Of a DNA stretch of 43,365 nt, positions 26,507 through 35,879 are shown one piece after another. The stretch comes from a virus (taxonomy: Duplodnaviria; Heunggongvirae; Uroviricota; Caudoviricetes). Position numbers and translations under genes: made by a program. The DNA lies in IMG/VR virus record IMGVR_UViG_3300042863_001217. One strand, written 5' to 3'. Every line of letters begins with the position of its first letter. Positions within the stretch are counted from its first letter, which is position 1. The notes beneath the pieces were generated by a model. That model ran no database searches and was not told where the DNA came from. It saw only the letters and a list, made by a program, of their open reading frames with translations.

Positions 26507-27706
26507 TTATTTATATAGATTAGTTGACCAATCATATATAGAACCCAACTTATGATCTTTAATTCCCATCGTAGTTTCAATTAATTGCTTATAAGTCTCT
26601 AATAAACCTTCATTGAATATGGTGTATCGTGTTAGAACTTTCTCACTTCTTTCAGTGTATTCTTCTATATTGTTGTCATGTTGTTCTATTGCCAGTTTCA
26701 GTTGTCTAGCTCCCATACCTATACTATTACCTGAATAATAATATCCGGCGTCCTTAATCATTGGCGCATTATGTACTAACGGAAACTGTAAATAAAGTGC
26801 ATCCAGGTATGAGTAGTTAAGAGGATTTGATAATTGATGTGCAATTACAATATCTGCAAATTGAGCAAGTGCATCAATAGCCATTAGTCTTGGTAAATAT
26901 GTAAGTTTAATAGGATCTGTATTAAAAATAGTAGTATGTTTAATCACTGATGTGTAATATTCACTATGTAAAAGTTTATCTCCACATATAATGTTTAATC
27001 TACTAAACTTTCCACCTGAATTTAAATAATCTTCAGCTATTAATAAGTTATTAATATGCCATTTTTGAATACCAATATTAGGTTCAAAACATGCTAATTG
27101 TTTTTCTTCATTTGCTTTCCCGGGTTTGTATATTGGAATTGGTAATCCTTTTTCTATAACTTCAGAATTGTTATATTTTTCAGAAGTTATATCTAAAAAT
27201 ACAGGATCCCATATAAATGGAACTGGTCTAACTTTACTTGCAGGTAAATTATGTAATACTCTATAATATTCTCTATTTAATTCTTCTTGCTGCGGTACAT
27301 ACCATATCTCGTCAATTTCTTGATTATATCCGGCGGCTCCGGGATTGTTAAATATCACATGTTCGGCATCATTCATATAATTATTACCACATACATATTT
27401 TACAACCTTTTTATTGGGTCCAGTCTTTTTAAAATCTAAAATATCTTGATCAGAATATGTAGCACCCAACCATATCATTAAATCGGTATCGTTTGCTTTT
27501 TCTTTATAATCATATATTGGAAATTCATTTATATCCCATGCAATTTTACCTTCATAAGGTGCTTGAACTTCACTTGCATTTAATATGTATACATTATAAC
27601 CTATTTCTTTTAAAGCCTTAAGTAAATAAAGAGCATTTAATTTAATACCATTTATCCAAATGCTTTCGTTTTCTGTTGACAAGTGAATTGTAATACCAAT
27701 ATTCAT
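26507..27706 (-). CDS. DUF2827-like putative glycosyltransferase
   Basis: SIWINGIKLN, YVCGNNY, VPFIWDP, FEPN, NPLNYSYLDALY..PLVHNA..GYYY; recalled family pattern, not searched. Confidence 0.65.
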   Translation of the reverse strand: MNIGITIHLSTENESIWINGIKLNALYLLKALKEIGYNVYILNASEVQAPYEGKIAWDINEFPIYDYKEKANDTDLMIWLGATYSDQDILDFKKTGPNKKVVKYVCGNNYMNDAEHVIFNNPGAAGYNQEIDEIWYVPQQEELNREYYRVLHNLPASKVRPVPFIWDPVFLDITSEKYNNSEVIEKGLPIPIYKPGKANEEKQLACFEPNIGIQKWHINNLLIAEDYLNSGGKFSRLNIICGDKLLHSEYYTSVIKHTTIFNTDPIKLTYLPRLMAIDALAQFADIVIAHQLSNPLNYSYLDALYLQFPLVHNAPMIKDAGYYYSGNSIGMGARQLKLAIEQHDNNIEEYTERSEKVLTRYTIFNEGLLETYKQLIETTMGIKDHKLGSIYDWSTNLYK

Positions 27707-27737
27707 ATTTCTAGTTTTATTTTTATTATATATTCAT

Positions 27738-27767
27738 AAAAAAAGGGTCAGCTTAAGCTGACCCTTT
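27738..27767 (-). terminator. intrinsic terminator
   Basis: 11-bp stem AAAGGGTCAGC/GCTGACCCTTT with a T-run on the minus strand. Confidence 0.8.
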
Positions 27768-27792
27768 AGTTTAAACAAAATTAATTAATTAA

Positions 27793-29220
27793 TTATGCAT
27801 TTACACCGTATACAACGATATGATCGTTAGCATCGATAACATAACCTAAAGTAACTAAGGTAAATGTTCTACCGTCTGCTGTTGTGTAACCATCACCAGA
27901 AGCGTTAGCATGAATTTGTAAACCATTAATGAATACTTTTACTCCTAAGTCACCAGTTTTAACTGGATTAACAACGCTAAATGAAGTTCCACTAACGAAA
28001 GTACCAATTTGTTGAACAATGTCTTGTCCTTCAAGTGTATCGATTCTAGCGTCTAATGCATTAGTTAATACAGTAGCAGAAGATACAGCAGAAGCGATAG
28101 CTTCAGATTTTGCAGTTGCAATACTAGTTACTCCAGAAGCGATAGCTTCAGATTTTGCAGTTGCAATGTTAGTTGCTGTGGTAGTAGCTCTTGCAACGTC
28201 TTTAGCTTCAGCAGAAGATAACGCAGAAGCGATAGCTTCAGATTTTGCAGTTGAAATGTTACTTACAGCATCTGCAGCTCTTACAACGTCTTTAGATTCC
28301 GCAGAAGATAACGCAGAAGCGATAGCTTCAGATTTTGCAGTTGCAATGTTAGATACCGCTGTAGCAGCTCTTAACACGTCTTTAGATTCCGCAGAAGCGA
28401 TAGCATTAGATTCAGCTGTATTAGCGAAAGTCTGTGCAGATGTGTTTACACTTGCGATTGCACTAGAGTTAGCAGAAATTGCAGAAGCATGAACCGCGTC
28501 ATTAGAAACAGCAGTAGAAATTGCAGCAAATACTGTAACGTCAGCAGAAGCTAATGAATCAATAAATCCTTTGATTTCACCAAAAGTGTCTAATGCAGCT
28601 GTAGAACCACCTAATAAAGTTGTTACTCTACCATCAACCGTAGCAATAGCAGAAGAAACCGCAGAACTTAATACAACATCAGCAGAAAATGCAGAAGAGA
28701 TAGCTCCAGATTTTGCAACTGAAATAGCAGAGTTTCTGTCTACAACTTCTGTAGAGATAGCTCCAGATAAGTTAGAAGCAGTAGTAGTAGCTCTTGCAAC
28801 ATCTTTAGCTTCAGCAGAAGCGATAGCTTCAGATTTTGCATTTGCAATGTTAGTTACTGCAGTTGCAGCTCTTAACACGTCTTTAGATTCAGCAGCATCG
28901 ATAGCTTCAGTTTTTGCAGTAGCAATGTTAGATACTGCAGTAGCAGCTCTTAACACATCTTTAGATTCTGCAGCATCGATAGCTTCAGTTTTTGCAGTAG
29001 CAATTGCACTGTTTCTTCCAGAAACTTCTGTAGCGATAGCTCCAGACAAGTTAGTAGAAACCGTAGTAGCTAACACAGTGTCAGCAGATTGAGCTGCAAC
29101 TAATGCTTCAGATTTTGCAACTGAAATCGCTGTAGTGTTAGCAGTTCCAACCGTAGCATTGTGGATAGTTCCAACCGCTGATACGAAATCCGAAATTTGT
29201 TTTACTTTTAATTGTGCCAT
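27793..29220 (-). CDS. Ala-rich coiled-coil repeat protein (AKSEAIASA repeats), putative structural fibre
   Basis: Repeat units of 15, 26 and 30 aa; 78-bp DNA repeat at 28865/28943; C-terminal VFING..YVIDANDHI domain. Confidence 0.85.
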   Translation of the reverse strand: MAQLKVKQISDFVSAVGTIHNATVGTANTTAISVAKSEALVAAQSADTVLATTVSTNLSGAIATEVSGRNSAIATAKTEAIDAAESKDVLRAATAVSNIATAKTEAIDAAESKDVLRAATAVTNIANAKSEAIASAEAKDVARATTTASNLSGAISTEVVDRNSAISVAKSGAISSAFSADVVLSSAVSSAIATVDGRVTTLLGGSTAALDTFGEIKGFIDSLASADVTVFAAISTAVSNDAVHASAISANSSAIASVNTSAQTFANTAESNAIASAESKDVLRAATAVSNIATAKSEAIASALSSAESKDVVRAADAVSNISTAKSEAIASALSSAEAKDVARATTTATNIATAKSEAIASGVTSIATAKSEAIASAVSSATVLTNALDARIDTLEGQDIVQQIGTFVSGTSFSVVNPVKTGDLGVKVFINGLQIHANASGDGYTTADGRTFTLVTLGYVIDANDHIVVYGVNA

Positions 29221-29280
29221 AATTTTTTATATAGATATTTTTAGGCCTAAAGGTCATTATTGACCTTCTGTATTATATAT

Positions 29281-29317
29281 AAAAAACGCTGAGTATATTT
29301 GGTATACCCAGCGTTTT
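29281..29317 (-). terminator. intrinsic terminator
   Basis: AAAACGCTG..CAGCGTTTT stem with an inner GTATA/TATAC extension. Confidence 0.65.
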
Positions 29318-29350
29318 AATTTTATTTTATTTTATATATTTTATAATATA

Positions 29351-30193
29351 TTAATCTAAGCTTGATTTTTGGTAAGAAATATCGATATCGTCGGTTGCGT
29401 CTAACTCGTAGCCTGCAATTGAACCGTTCCAGTAAAGTAAATCATTAGCTGCAATATTTGCTATAGATCTTGCAGTTGAACCTGCATCGTTAGAAAAATA
29501 AGCAGCTTCGGTTTTAACTCCGTCACCTAAATTAATTTCTACACCATTTACTTTAACCGTTACAATTGAATCATGAAACGGAGTAAAAGTTATTGCAATT
29601 CCTGTTGAATCACCATCAGCTTCAGTTATTGTTGAAACTTTATTTAAGTCAATTCCAGTACCTACACCAACTTCAGTAATACCCGCAGTTGAAGTAGCTT
29701 CGAATCTTCCAATAATATCATCGATCCAATAACCTCTATCTGGTAATTCTCCCGACAATTGTGAAATATTAGCTATAATAGGTAAACCTTCGCTATCTAA
29801 TTCTATACAAACTCCAGCTTGTTCTTCATCTGGATAATTATTACTAGTACCAGACACATCACTTAAAAGTATATAATTGTCAACATCTTCAATAATTACT
29901 ACCATATTGGAATCACCATCTCTAGAAATTACAGAAGATATTTTATATGCTTTTCCAGAAGGTTGTAATAACCAGTCACCTGCTGTAATATCACTAGCAC
30001 CATATTGAAATGGTGTAGGAGTTGAAACATCTGAATGTGATTGTACAGTGATTGTTAGACCTACTTGAAATTTCGTAGGATAGCCGAACAATGTGCTAGT
30101 TTCATCTGTTATAGTATCTGCTACAACTAAAGATCCTGAGTTTATCTTAGTAATTAATAATTGTGTTGGTTTCCCCGTTTGATTAGTTGCCAT
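29351..30193 (-). CDS. putative structural protein (beta-rich)
   Basis: C-terminal VKVNG..YELDATDDI domain resembles the C-terminus of 27793..29220. Confidence 0.75.
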   Translation of the reverse strand: MATNQTGKPTQLLITKINSGSLVVADTITDETSTLFGYPTKFQVGLTITVQSHSDVSTPTPFQYGASDITAGDWLLQPSGKAYKISSVISRDGDSNMVVIIEDVDNYILLSDVSGTSNNYPDEEQAGVCIELDSEGLPIIANISQLSGELPDRGYWIDDIIGRFEATSTAGITEVGVGTGIDLNKVSTITEADGDSTGIAITFTPFHDSIVTVKVNGVEINLGDGVKTEAAYFSNDAGSTARSIANIAANDLLYWNGSIAGYELDATDDIDISYQKSSLD

Positions 30194-30212
30194 TTTATAA
30201 TTTTGTTTTTAT

Positions 30213-33200
30213 TTATGATTCTACAAAGAATGTTATAATTATGTAAGAAGGCGTAGCTCCTGTTGCAACACCAACTGCTGTTGTAACTGCAGTAAATTGT
30301 ACAGAGGCATTACTTTCTGTATTTATTATTGCATTTACAGAGGCAGTAGTACCTATAATAGCTTTGGTAAATAAATTACCTACACCATCTCTTGCCGTAG
30401 TAGAACCCATTAAAACTGGTTTTCCTAAAGGATGTGTAAGTGTTAGGTTATTGCTTGATTTTGCAATATTCCAACCACTAACTAACCAACCTGATGCACT
30501 ATTGTATATTTCTGTACCATTAGGTGCATACACGTTTGCGATAGGTGTAGTAGCATCTATACTACCAGATAATGTGTTAACTTTAATTTTATAAGCAACT
30601 ATAGCTCCAGTAGCATTTGTTCCATCATTACCTGGAGCACCTTGTACTCCATCGATTCCAGATGTACCATTAATACCATCGATTCCAGAAGTACCATCTA
30701 AACCATTTGTTCCGTCGTTTCCATTAGCACCATCAATACCTGAAGTACCATCAAAACCACTTGTTCCATCAATACCTGAAGTACCATTAGTTCCATCGTT
30801 TCCATTAGCACCTTGTAAACCATCGATTCCAGATGTACCATTTAAACCATCAATTCCTGATGTTCCGTTTAAACCATCGATTCCAGATGTACCATCGTTT
30901 CCATTAGCACCTTGAATTCCATCAATACCTGATGTTCCGTTTAAACCATCGATTCCAGATGTACCATCGTTTCCATTAGCACCTTGAATTCCATCGATTC
31001 CAGAAGTACCATTTGTACCGTCTAAACCATTAGTTCCATCGTTACCATTAGCACCTTGTAAACCATCGATACCTGATGTTCCGTTTAAACCATCGATTCC
31101 AGATGTACCATCGTTTCCATTAGCACCTTGAATTCCATCGATTCCAGAAGTACCATTTGTACCGTCTAAACCATTAGTTCCATCGTTACCATTAGCACCT
31201 TGAATTCCATCGATTCCAGAAGTACCATTTGTACCGTCTAAACCATTAGTTCCATCGTTACCATTAGCACCTTGTAAACCATCGATACCAGAAGTTCCAT
31301 CTAAACCGTTTGTTCCATCGTTACCATTAGTACCTTGAAGTCCATCAATACCTGAAGTACCATTAGTTCCATCGTTACCATTAGCACCTTGAAGTCCATC
31401 GATTCCAGAGGTTCCATCTTGACCAGCTAAACCTGAAGTTCCGTTTTGACCATCAATACCTGATGTTCCATTAATACCTGAAGTTCCAGTATCACCTTGA
31501 ATACCTTGTGCTCCATTAGTTCCTGAAGTTCCGTTTTGACCAGCTAAACCCGAAGTTCCATTTTGACCGTTTATTCCAGATGTACCATCAATACCTGATG
31601 TTCCATCGTTTCCAGCATTACCTTGGTCACCTTGAATACCCTGTGCTCCATTAGTTCCTGAAGTTCCATCTTGACCATTTAAACCGGAAGTTCCATTGAT
31701 ACCAGAAGTTCCACTAACTCCTGAAGTTCCATTAGTTCCACTAGTTCCATTTTCTCCGGCAAGACCTTGATCTCCTTGTGCTCCATTTGTTCCATCAATA
31801 CCTGAACTTCCATTAAGTCCTGAAGTACCATTAACTCCTGAAGTTCCAGCAGGTCCAGTTTCACCTTGATCACCTTTTACACCTATTTCTCCGTTTGTTC
31901 CAGAAGTACCATTAATACCTGATGTACCATCTTGACCATTTATACCTGAAGTACCATCAATTCCTGATGTACCATCGTTTCCATTTATACCGTTTAAACC
32001 AGAAGTTCCATTTGTTCCAGAAGTTCCATCAATACCAGAAGTTCCAGCATTACCTTGTAAACCAGTTTCACCTTGTAAACCAGTTTCACCTTGTAAACCT
32101 TGTGCTCCATCAATACCCGAAGTTCCATCTAAACCATTAATTCCAGAAGTTCCATCTAAACCATTTGTACCATCGTGACCTGAAGTTCCATCAATTCCTG
32201 ATGTACCATTTACTCCAGAAGTTCCATCATTACCAGCAGCTCCTTGTGTTCCATCAATTCCTGATGTACCATCTAAACCATTAGTACCAGATGTACCATC
32301 TAAACCATTTGTACCATTAATTCCTGATGTACCACTTTCGCCATTTGTTCCTGAAGTTCCATCATTACCAACATTACCTTGTGCTCCGTTAATTCCAGAT
32401 GTACCATCTAAACCATTTGTTCCTGAAGTTCCATCATTACCAGCATTACCTTGTGCTCCGTTAATTCCAGAAGTTCCATTGATACCTGATGTACCATCTT
32501 GACCATTGATTCCAGAAGTTCCAGCTAAACCATTGATTCCTGATGTTCCATCTTGACCATTGATTCCAGAAGTTCCAGAAGTTCCATTAGTTCCAGATGT
32601 ACCATCAATACCAGCATCACCTTGTAAACCTTGTGCTCCATTAATACCACTAGTTCCATTGATTCCTGAAGATCCAGAAGTTCCAGACGTAGTAACAGTA
32701 ACTGAAGGGAAAATAACTTCAACACTTCCGTTTCCATCATTATTTACAATTGCACCACCACTAAATTTAATGTTATGTACATCATTTATAGCAGCAGCGC
32801 CGTTTGGTGTGATTGATATACCATGTGGTGAAGAATAAGATTCTGTAAAAATACCTAATTCATCTCCAGCTTCAATTAAGTAAGATGATCCAGGTACATA
32901 TGAATTTCCTTCTGCCTGAACTATTAATTCAATAGCATCATCAGCTTCATTTACAAGAGGATTATTTTGATCAGCGTTAATTACATCAATTCTACTCCAG
33001 CTTTTAATTTCAAATGCAGAATATTCGCTATTATTATTTACGTTAGTTAAGAATAAAGAAACTAAAACACCATCTATATTAATTCTATTCTCTAATACTG
33101 ATTCAAGATATGCATTTCTATAACCCTTATCATCTTTAAGTGCAATTCTAATTTTACTAACACTCGATGGATTTGCAGCATTTAAAATAATTTCACCCTG

Positions 33201-33689
33201 TGCTGGTTTACCAGTGATTGAAAATGATTTTACTTTATATACAGATCCTGGTAAAGTAAATCTACTAGTTACTATATCTCCGACAGCTTTTCCTGCATCA
33301 TAAACATTTGCAACCTTAATAGCAGGTAAGTCAACTTTATTAATACCTAAAGTAGTATAAACTTTAGCTTTTATTGCTCCTGATATATTAGCATCACTAA
33401 ATGGTAAAGCTGCAGTTTGTTCAGCAGATATTGCTATAGATATTTCTCCTTGGAAATCTGAATTAGGTGAACCAAAAACAAGTGTTCCTGATGTTTTTGC
33501 AAATGTAGCAATTAAAGTATTATTAGTGTCAAATAAATCTACTTTAATTTCATTGGCAACCCCAATATTTAGTTGATTACCAATGTAATCTTGGTGTAGC
33601 ATAAGTTTTATGCTATTAGCTTGACCTCTAACGATTCTCGCTACTTCCGGTAATACTAAAATTATGTTTTGATTTGAAACAGTTGGCAT
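30213..33689 (-). CDS. large collagen-like (GTS/GID/GLN/GND) fibre protein
   Basis: About 330-aa globular N-terminus, about 690 aa of G-X-Y, about 110-aa C-terminal domain. Confidence 0.88.
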   Translation of the reverse strand: MPTVSNQNIILVLPEVARIVRGQANSIKLMLHQDYIGNQLNIGVANEIKVDLFDTNNTLIATFAKTSGTLVFGSPNSDFQGEISIAISAEQTAALPFSDANISGAIKAKVYTTLGINKVDLPAIKVANVYDAGKAVGDIVTSRFTLPGSVYKVKSFSITGKPAQGEIILNAANPSSVSKIRIALKDDKGYRNAYLESVLENRINIDGVLVSLFLTNVNNNSEYSAFEIKSWSRIDVINADQNNPLVNEADDAIELIVQAEGNSYVPGSSYLIEAGDELGIFTESYSSPHGISITPNGAAAINDVHNIKFSGGAIVNNDGNGSVEVIFPSVTVTTSGTSGSSGINGTSGINGAQGLQGDAGIDGTSGTNGTSGTSGINGQDGTSGINGLAGTSGINGQDGTSGINGTSGINGAQGNAGNDGTSGTNGLDGTSGINGAQGNVGNDGTSGTNGESGTSGINGTNGLDGTSGTNGLDGTSGIDGTQGAAGNDGTSGVNGTSGIDGTSGHDGTNGLDGTSGINGLDGTSGIDGAQGLQGETGLQGETGLQGNAGTSGIDGTSGTNGTSGLNGINGNDGTSGIDGTSGINGQDGTSGINGTSGTNGEIGVKGDQGETGPAGTSGVNGTSGLNGSSGIDGTNGAQGDQGLAGENGTSGTNGTSGVSGTSGINGTSGLNGQDGTSGTNGAQGIQGDQGNAGNDGTSGIDGTSGINGQNGTSGLAGQNGTSGTNGAQGIQGDTGTSGINGTSGIDGQNGTSGLAGQDGTSGIDGLQGANGNDGTNGTSGIDGLQGTNGNDGTNGLDGTSGIDGLQGANGNDGTNGLDGTNGTSGIDGIQGANGNDGTNGLDGTNGTSGIDGIQGANGNDGTSGIDGLNGTSGIDGLQGANGNDGTNGLDGTNGTSGIDGIQGANGNDGTSGIDGLNGTSGIDGIQGANGNDGTSGIDGLNGTSGIDGLNGTSGIDGLQGANGNDGTNGTSGIDGTSGFDGTSGIDGANGNDGTNGLDGTSGIDGINGTSGIDGVQGAPGNDGTNATGAIVAYKIKVNTLSGSIDATTPIANVYAPNGTEIYNSASGWLVSGWNIAKSSNNLTLTHPLGKPVLMGSTTARDGVGNLFTKAIIGTTASVNAIINTESNASVQFTAVTTAVGVATGATPSYIIITFFVES
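30612..32690 (-). repeat. coding Gly-X-Y repeat with higher-order duplications; boundaries approximate
   Basis: GTSGIDG(L/I)QGANGNDG blocks recur several times at about 30800-31400. Confidence 0.85.
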
Positions 33690-33726
33690 GTTGTCTATTG
33701 TTTTTTTCTTTGTTTATATATCATTA

Positions 33727-34437
33727 TTAAAATGTATAGTCTCTACGTATCATTGAATAAATTATTTGACTAATTACACCTATGACGCTATTTTCTAGAA
33801 TAGTATTAGTTCTAACAGTCGTTTTGATAATAATCTTATCATCTTGTTTTGAAATTAATTCTTCTATTCTTTTAAAATAATTTTCATCAGTCCACTTTTC
33901 AGTGTACATTAAGTTCATTTTAAATCCTTTCCAATCACTTGCAAAATACTTATTAGGTTTTAAAAAGTGGTAAACATGCATCATATTGTCAGGAGTGTGA
34001 ACGAATACAAAACCGTCATTTAAAAAATATGGTTTCTTTGGAACATAGTTACATGTGGTACCCTCTTCTATTTCTCTCCATTGTTCTCTGCAAATAGCGT
34101 GTAGATTTTCAAATTCATCTATAGCTTCATCTAATAATTCATCTAACACTTCATCATCTTCTGGCTCTTCAGCAGTACTAAATACCAATTCTAAGTCTGG
34201 AAATTCAAAGCCACTAATTATTTGATTTACTTGACTATCATCTTGAGTCATTTTAACTGCATCATATCTATAAAGATAATCTAACGTGTCGTCAATTTCT
34301 GTCAAAGCTTCCATCAATTTACCTTCAGCTAATTTCTTTTTAAGTTCAGAAACTGCACCGCGTAACTTATACATGTGATACTCTATATCACGAGGACCTT
34401 CATGGATCCAGACCGGTATTTTAAATTTCACGTTCAT
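33727..34437 (-). CDS. hypothetical protein
   Basis: 236-aa ORF preceded by GATAAATA at 34442-34449. Confidence 0.8.
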   Translation of the reverse strand: MNVKFKIPVWIHEGPRDIEYHMYKLRGAVSELKKKLAEGKLMEALTEIDDTLDYLYRYDAVKMTQDDSQVNQIISGFEFPDLELVFSTAEEPEDDEVLDELLDEAIDEFENLHAICREQWREIEEGTTCNYVPKKPYFLNDGFVFVHTPDNMMHVYHFLKPNKYFASDWKGFKMNLMYTEKWTDENYFKRIEELISKQDDKIIIKTTVRTNTILENSVIGVISQIIYSMIRRDYTF

Positions 34438-34471
34438 AATCTATTTATCGATTTATAAAAACTATAAAAAC

Positions 34472-34510
34472 AAAAAAAGGGCATTATATTGATATAATGC
34501 CCTTTTTTTT
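34472..34510. terminator. intrinsic terminator (symmetric A and T runs)
   Basis: AAAAAAAGGGCATTATA/TATAATGCCCTTTTTTT perfect stem. Confidence 0.8.
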
Positions 34511-34525
34511 CATAATATAATAATA

Positions 34526-34849
34526 CTATTTACGTGTTCTCTTCAGATTTTCTTTCTTAGTTTCTATAAAAACCTCTTCTGCGTTGTCTACTGTATTGTT
34601 GGTTGTTAAACCCCATTGCAAAATAAACCAATTGATTTCTTTCTCTGCAACTGAGTTACTCATTCTTAGTTTTGTTTTGAGAATCTGCATAGCTTTCTTT
34701 ATGAATTCTTGTTCCTTTTCTCTAGTAGTGCTATATTGCATATACCAGTCGTTTTCATTTACGACATCTTCATATTTCTTGCCATGTGGTTCAAGCTGAA
34801 GATTGATTAATTCAATAAAGACTTCGCGTGTTTTTTCTCTTCTAATCAT
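34526..34849 (-). CDS. hypothetical protein
   Basis: 107-aa ORF downstream of clpP. Confidence 0.75.
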   Translation of the reverse strand: MIRREKTREVFIELINLQLEPHGKKYEDVVNENDWYMQYSTTREKEQEFIKKAMQILKTKLRMSNSVAEKEINWFILQWGLTTNNTVDNAEEVFIETKKENLKRTRK

Positions 34850-34860
34850 GGTTTATATAT

Positions 34861-35550
34861 TTATATTTGTTTTGGTTTTATGATCTCATCTATAATACCA
34901 TATTTAACTGCTTCTTCTGCATTTAACCAAAAATCTCGAGTAGCATCTTTCATTACTCTTTCTGGTTTCTTGCCACAATATGATCCTAATAGATTAAATA
35001 GTTCATAGTTTACTTTTTGCCATTCTGCCCAATCTACTTCAGCGTCTTGTATATTTCCACTAAAACCACCCGAAGATTGGTGTAACATTGTTGTCGAATG
35101 TCTCAAAGACGCTCTTTTACCTTTAGTTCCAGCACCTAATAAGACTGAACCCATTGATGCTGCCATACCAGTATTAACTGTGCGTATATCACATGGTATG
35201 TATTCCATAACGTCTACCATAGAAAGCCCTGACTTAACTGAACCACCTGGAGAATCGATATGCATTGTAATATCGTCTGCGCTATTGCTTGATAAAAACA
35301 TTAATTGTGCTTGTACAACAGTGCTCATATTGTCATCTACTGGACCTGCAACCCATAATAATCTATCTGCCATTAATCTTGAAAAAATATCCATTTGAGT
35401 AACTCGCATTTCACGCTCCTCTAAAATATAAGGAGTCATTGAAGCTTGCTTACTTGCAATTGAACTATATAAGTCTAAGTGTGATCCACCTAAATTGAAT
35501 TCTGATTTTGCGAATCTGTGAAATTCTTTTTCTTTTGGAAAATAATTCAT
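34861..35550 (-). CDS. clpP: ATP-dependent Clp protease proteolytic subunit
   Basis: MDIFSRL, IDSPGG, GMAASMGS (Ser), MLHQ (His) and RDFWL (Asp). Confidence 0.96.
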   Translation of the reverse strand: MNYFPKEKEFHRFAKSEFNLGGSHLDLYSSIASKQASMTPYILEEREMRVTQMDIFSRLMADRLLWVAGPVDDNMSTVVQAQLMFLSSNSADDITMHIDSPGGSVKSGLSMVDVMEYIPCDIRTVNTGMAASMGSVLLGAGTKGKRASLRHSTTMLHQSSGGFSGNIQDAEVDWAEWQKVNYELFNLLGSYCGKKPERVMKDATRDFWLNAEEAVKYGIIDEIIKPKQI

Positions 35551-35879
35551 TATTGTATCTGTTTTTGTATTTGTTTAATTAAATCACACGTTTCATACTC
35601 TTCAATAAGAGAAAAATAGTTCTTTGCTTTGTTCAAAGATTTTTCATAACCAGATTCTGGTAATACCATCTCGTATTCTCTGTCTTCGGCATCTACTAAA
35701 ATTGCTAGTAAATGTGAATCAGGTTTCCTCTCTATCTTATTTAGTATATATTCTACAATTCTTCTATAGAATATGTCATACTTGGACATTAAGAGTTTTT
35801 CAAAGTCTTCTGCTAAAATATGTGTGGGATCAATATGTATTCTTGGAGGTGTATTCATGTTATAACGTAAAGTAATCAC
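35550..35879 (-). CDS. small protein with a C-terminal UVR-like motif, coupled to clpP
   Basis: AKNYFSLIEEYETCDLI; its stop overlaps the clpP start by 1 nt. Confidence 0.75.
   Translation of the reverse strand: MITLRYNMNTPPRIHIDPTHILAEDFEKLLMSKYDIFYRRIVEYILNKIERKPDSHLLAILVDAEDREYEMVLPESGYEKSLNKAKNYFSLIEEYETCDLIKQIQKQIQ

Noticed and set aside
28019-29092. Plus-strand Ala-rich ORFs
   Set aside because: Antisense mirrors of GCN-rich codons in the coiled-coil gene.
17902-33689. Tandem repeats as a CRISPR array or diversity-generating retroelement target
   Set aside because: Repeats are degenerate, in-frame and coding, with no constant repeat/unique spacer pattern and no cas or reverse transcriptase gene in the window.
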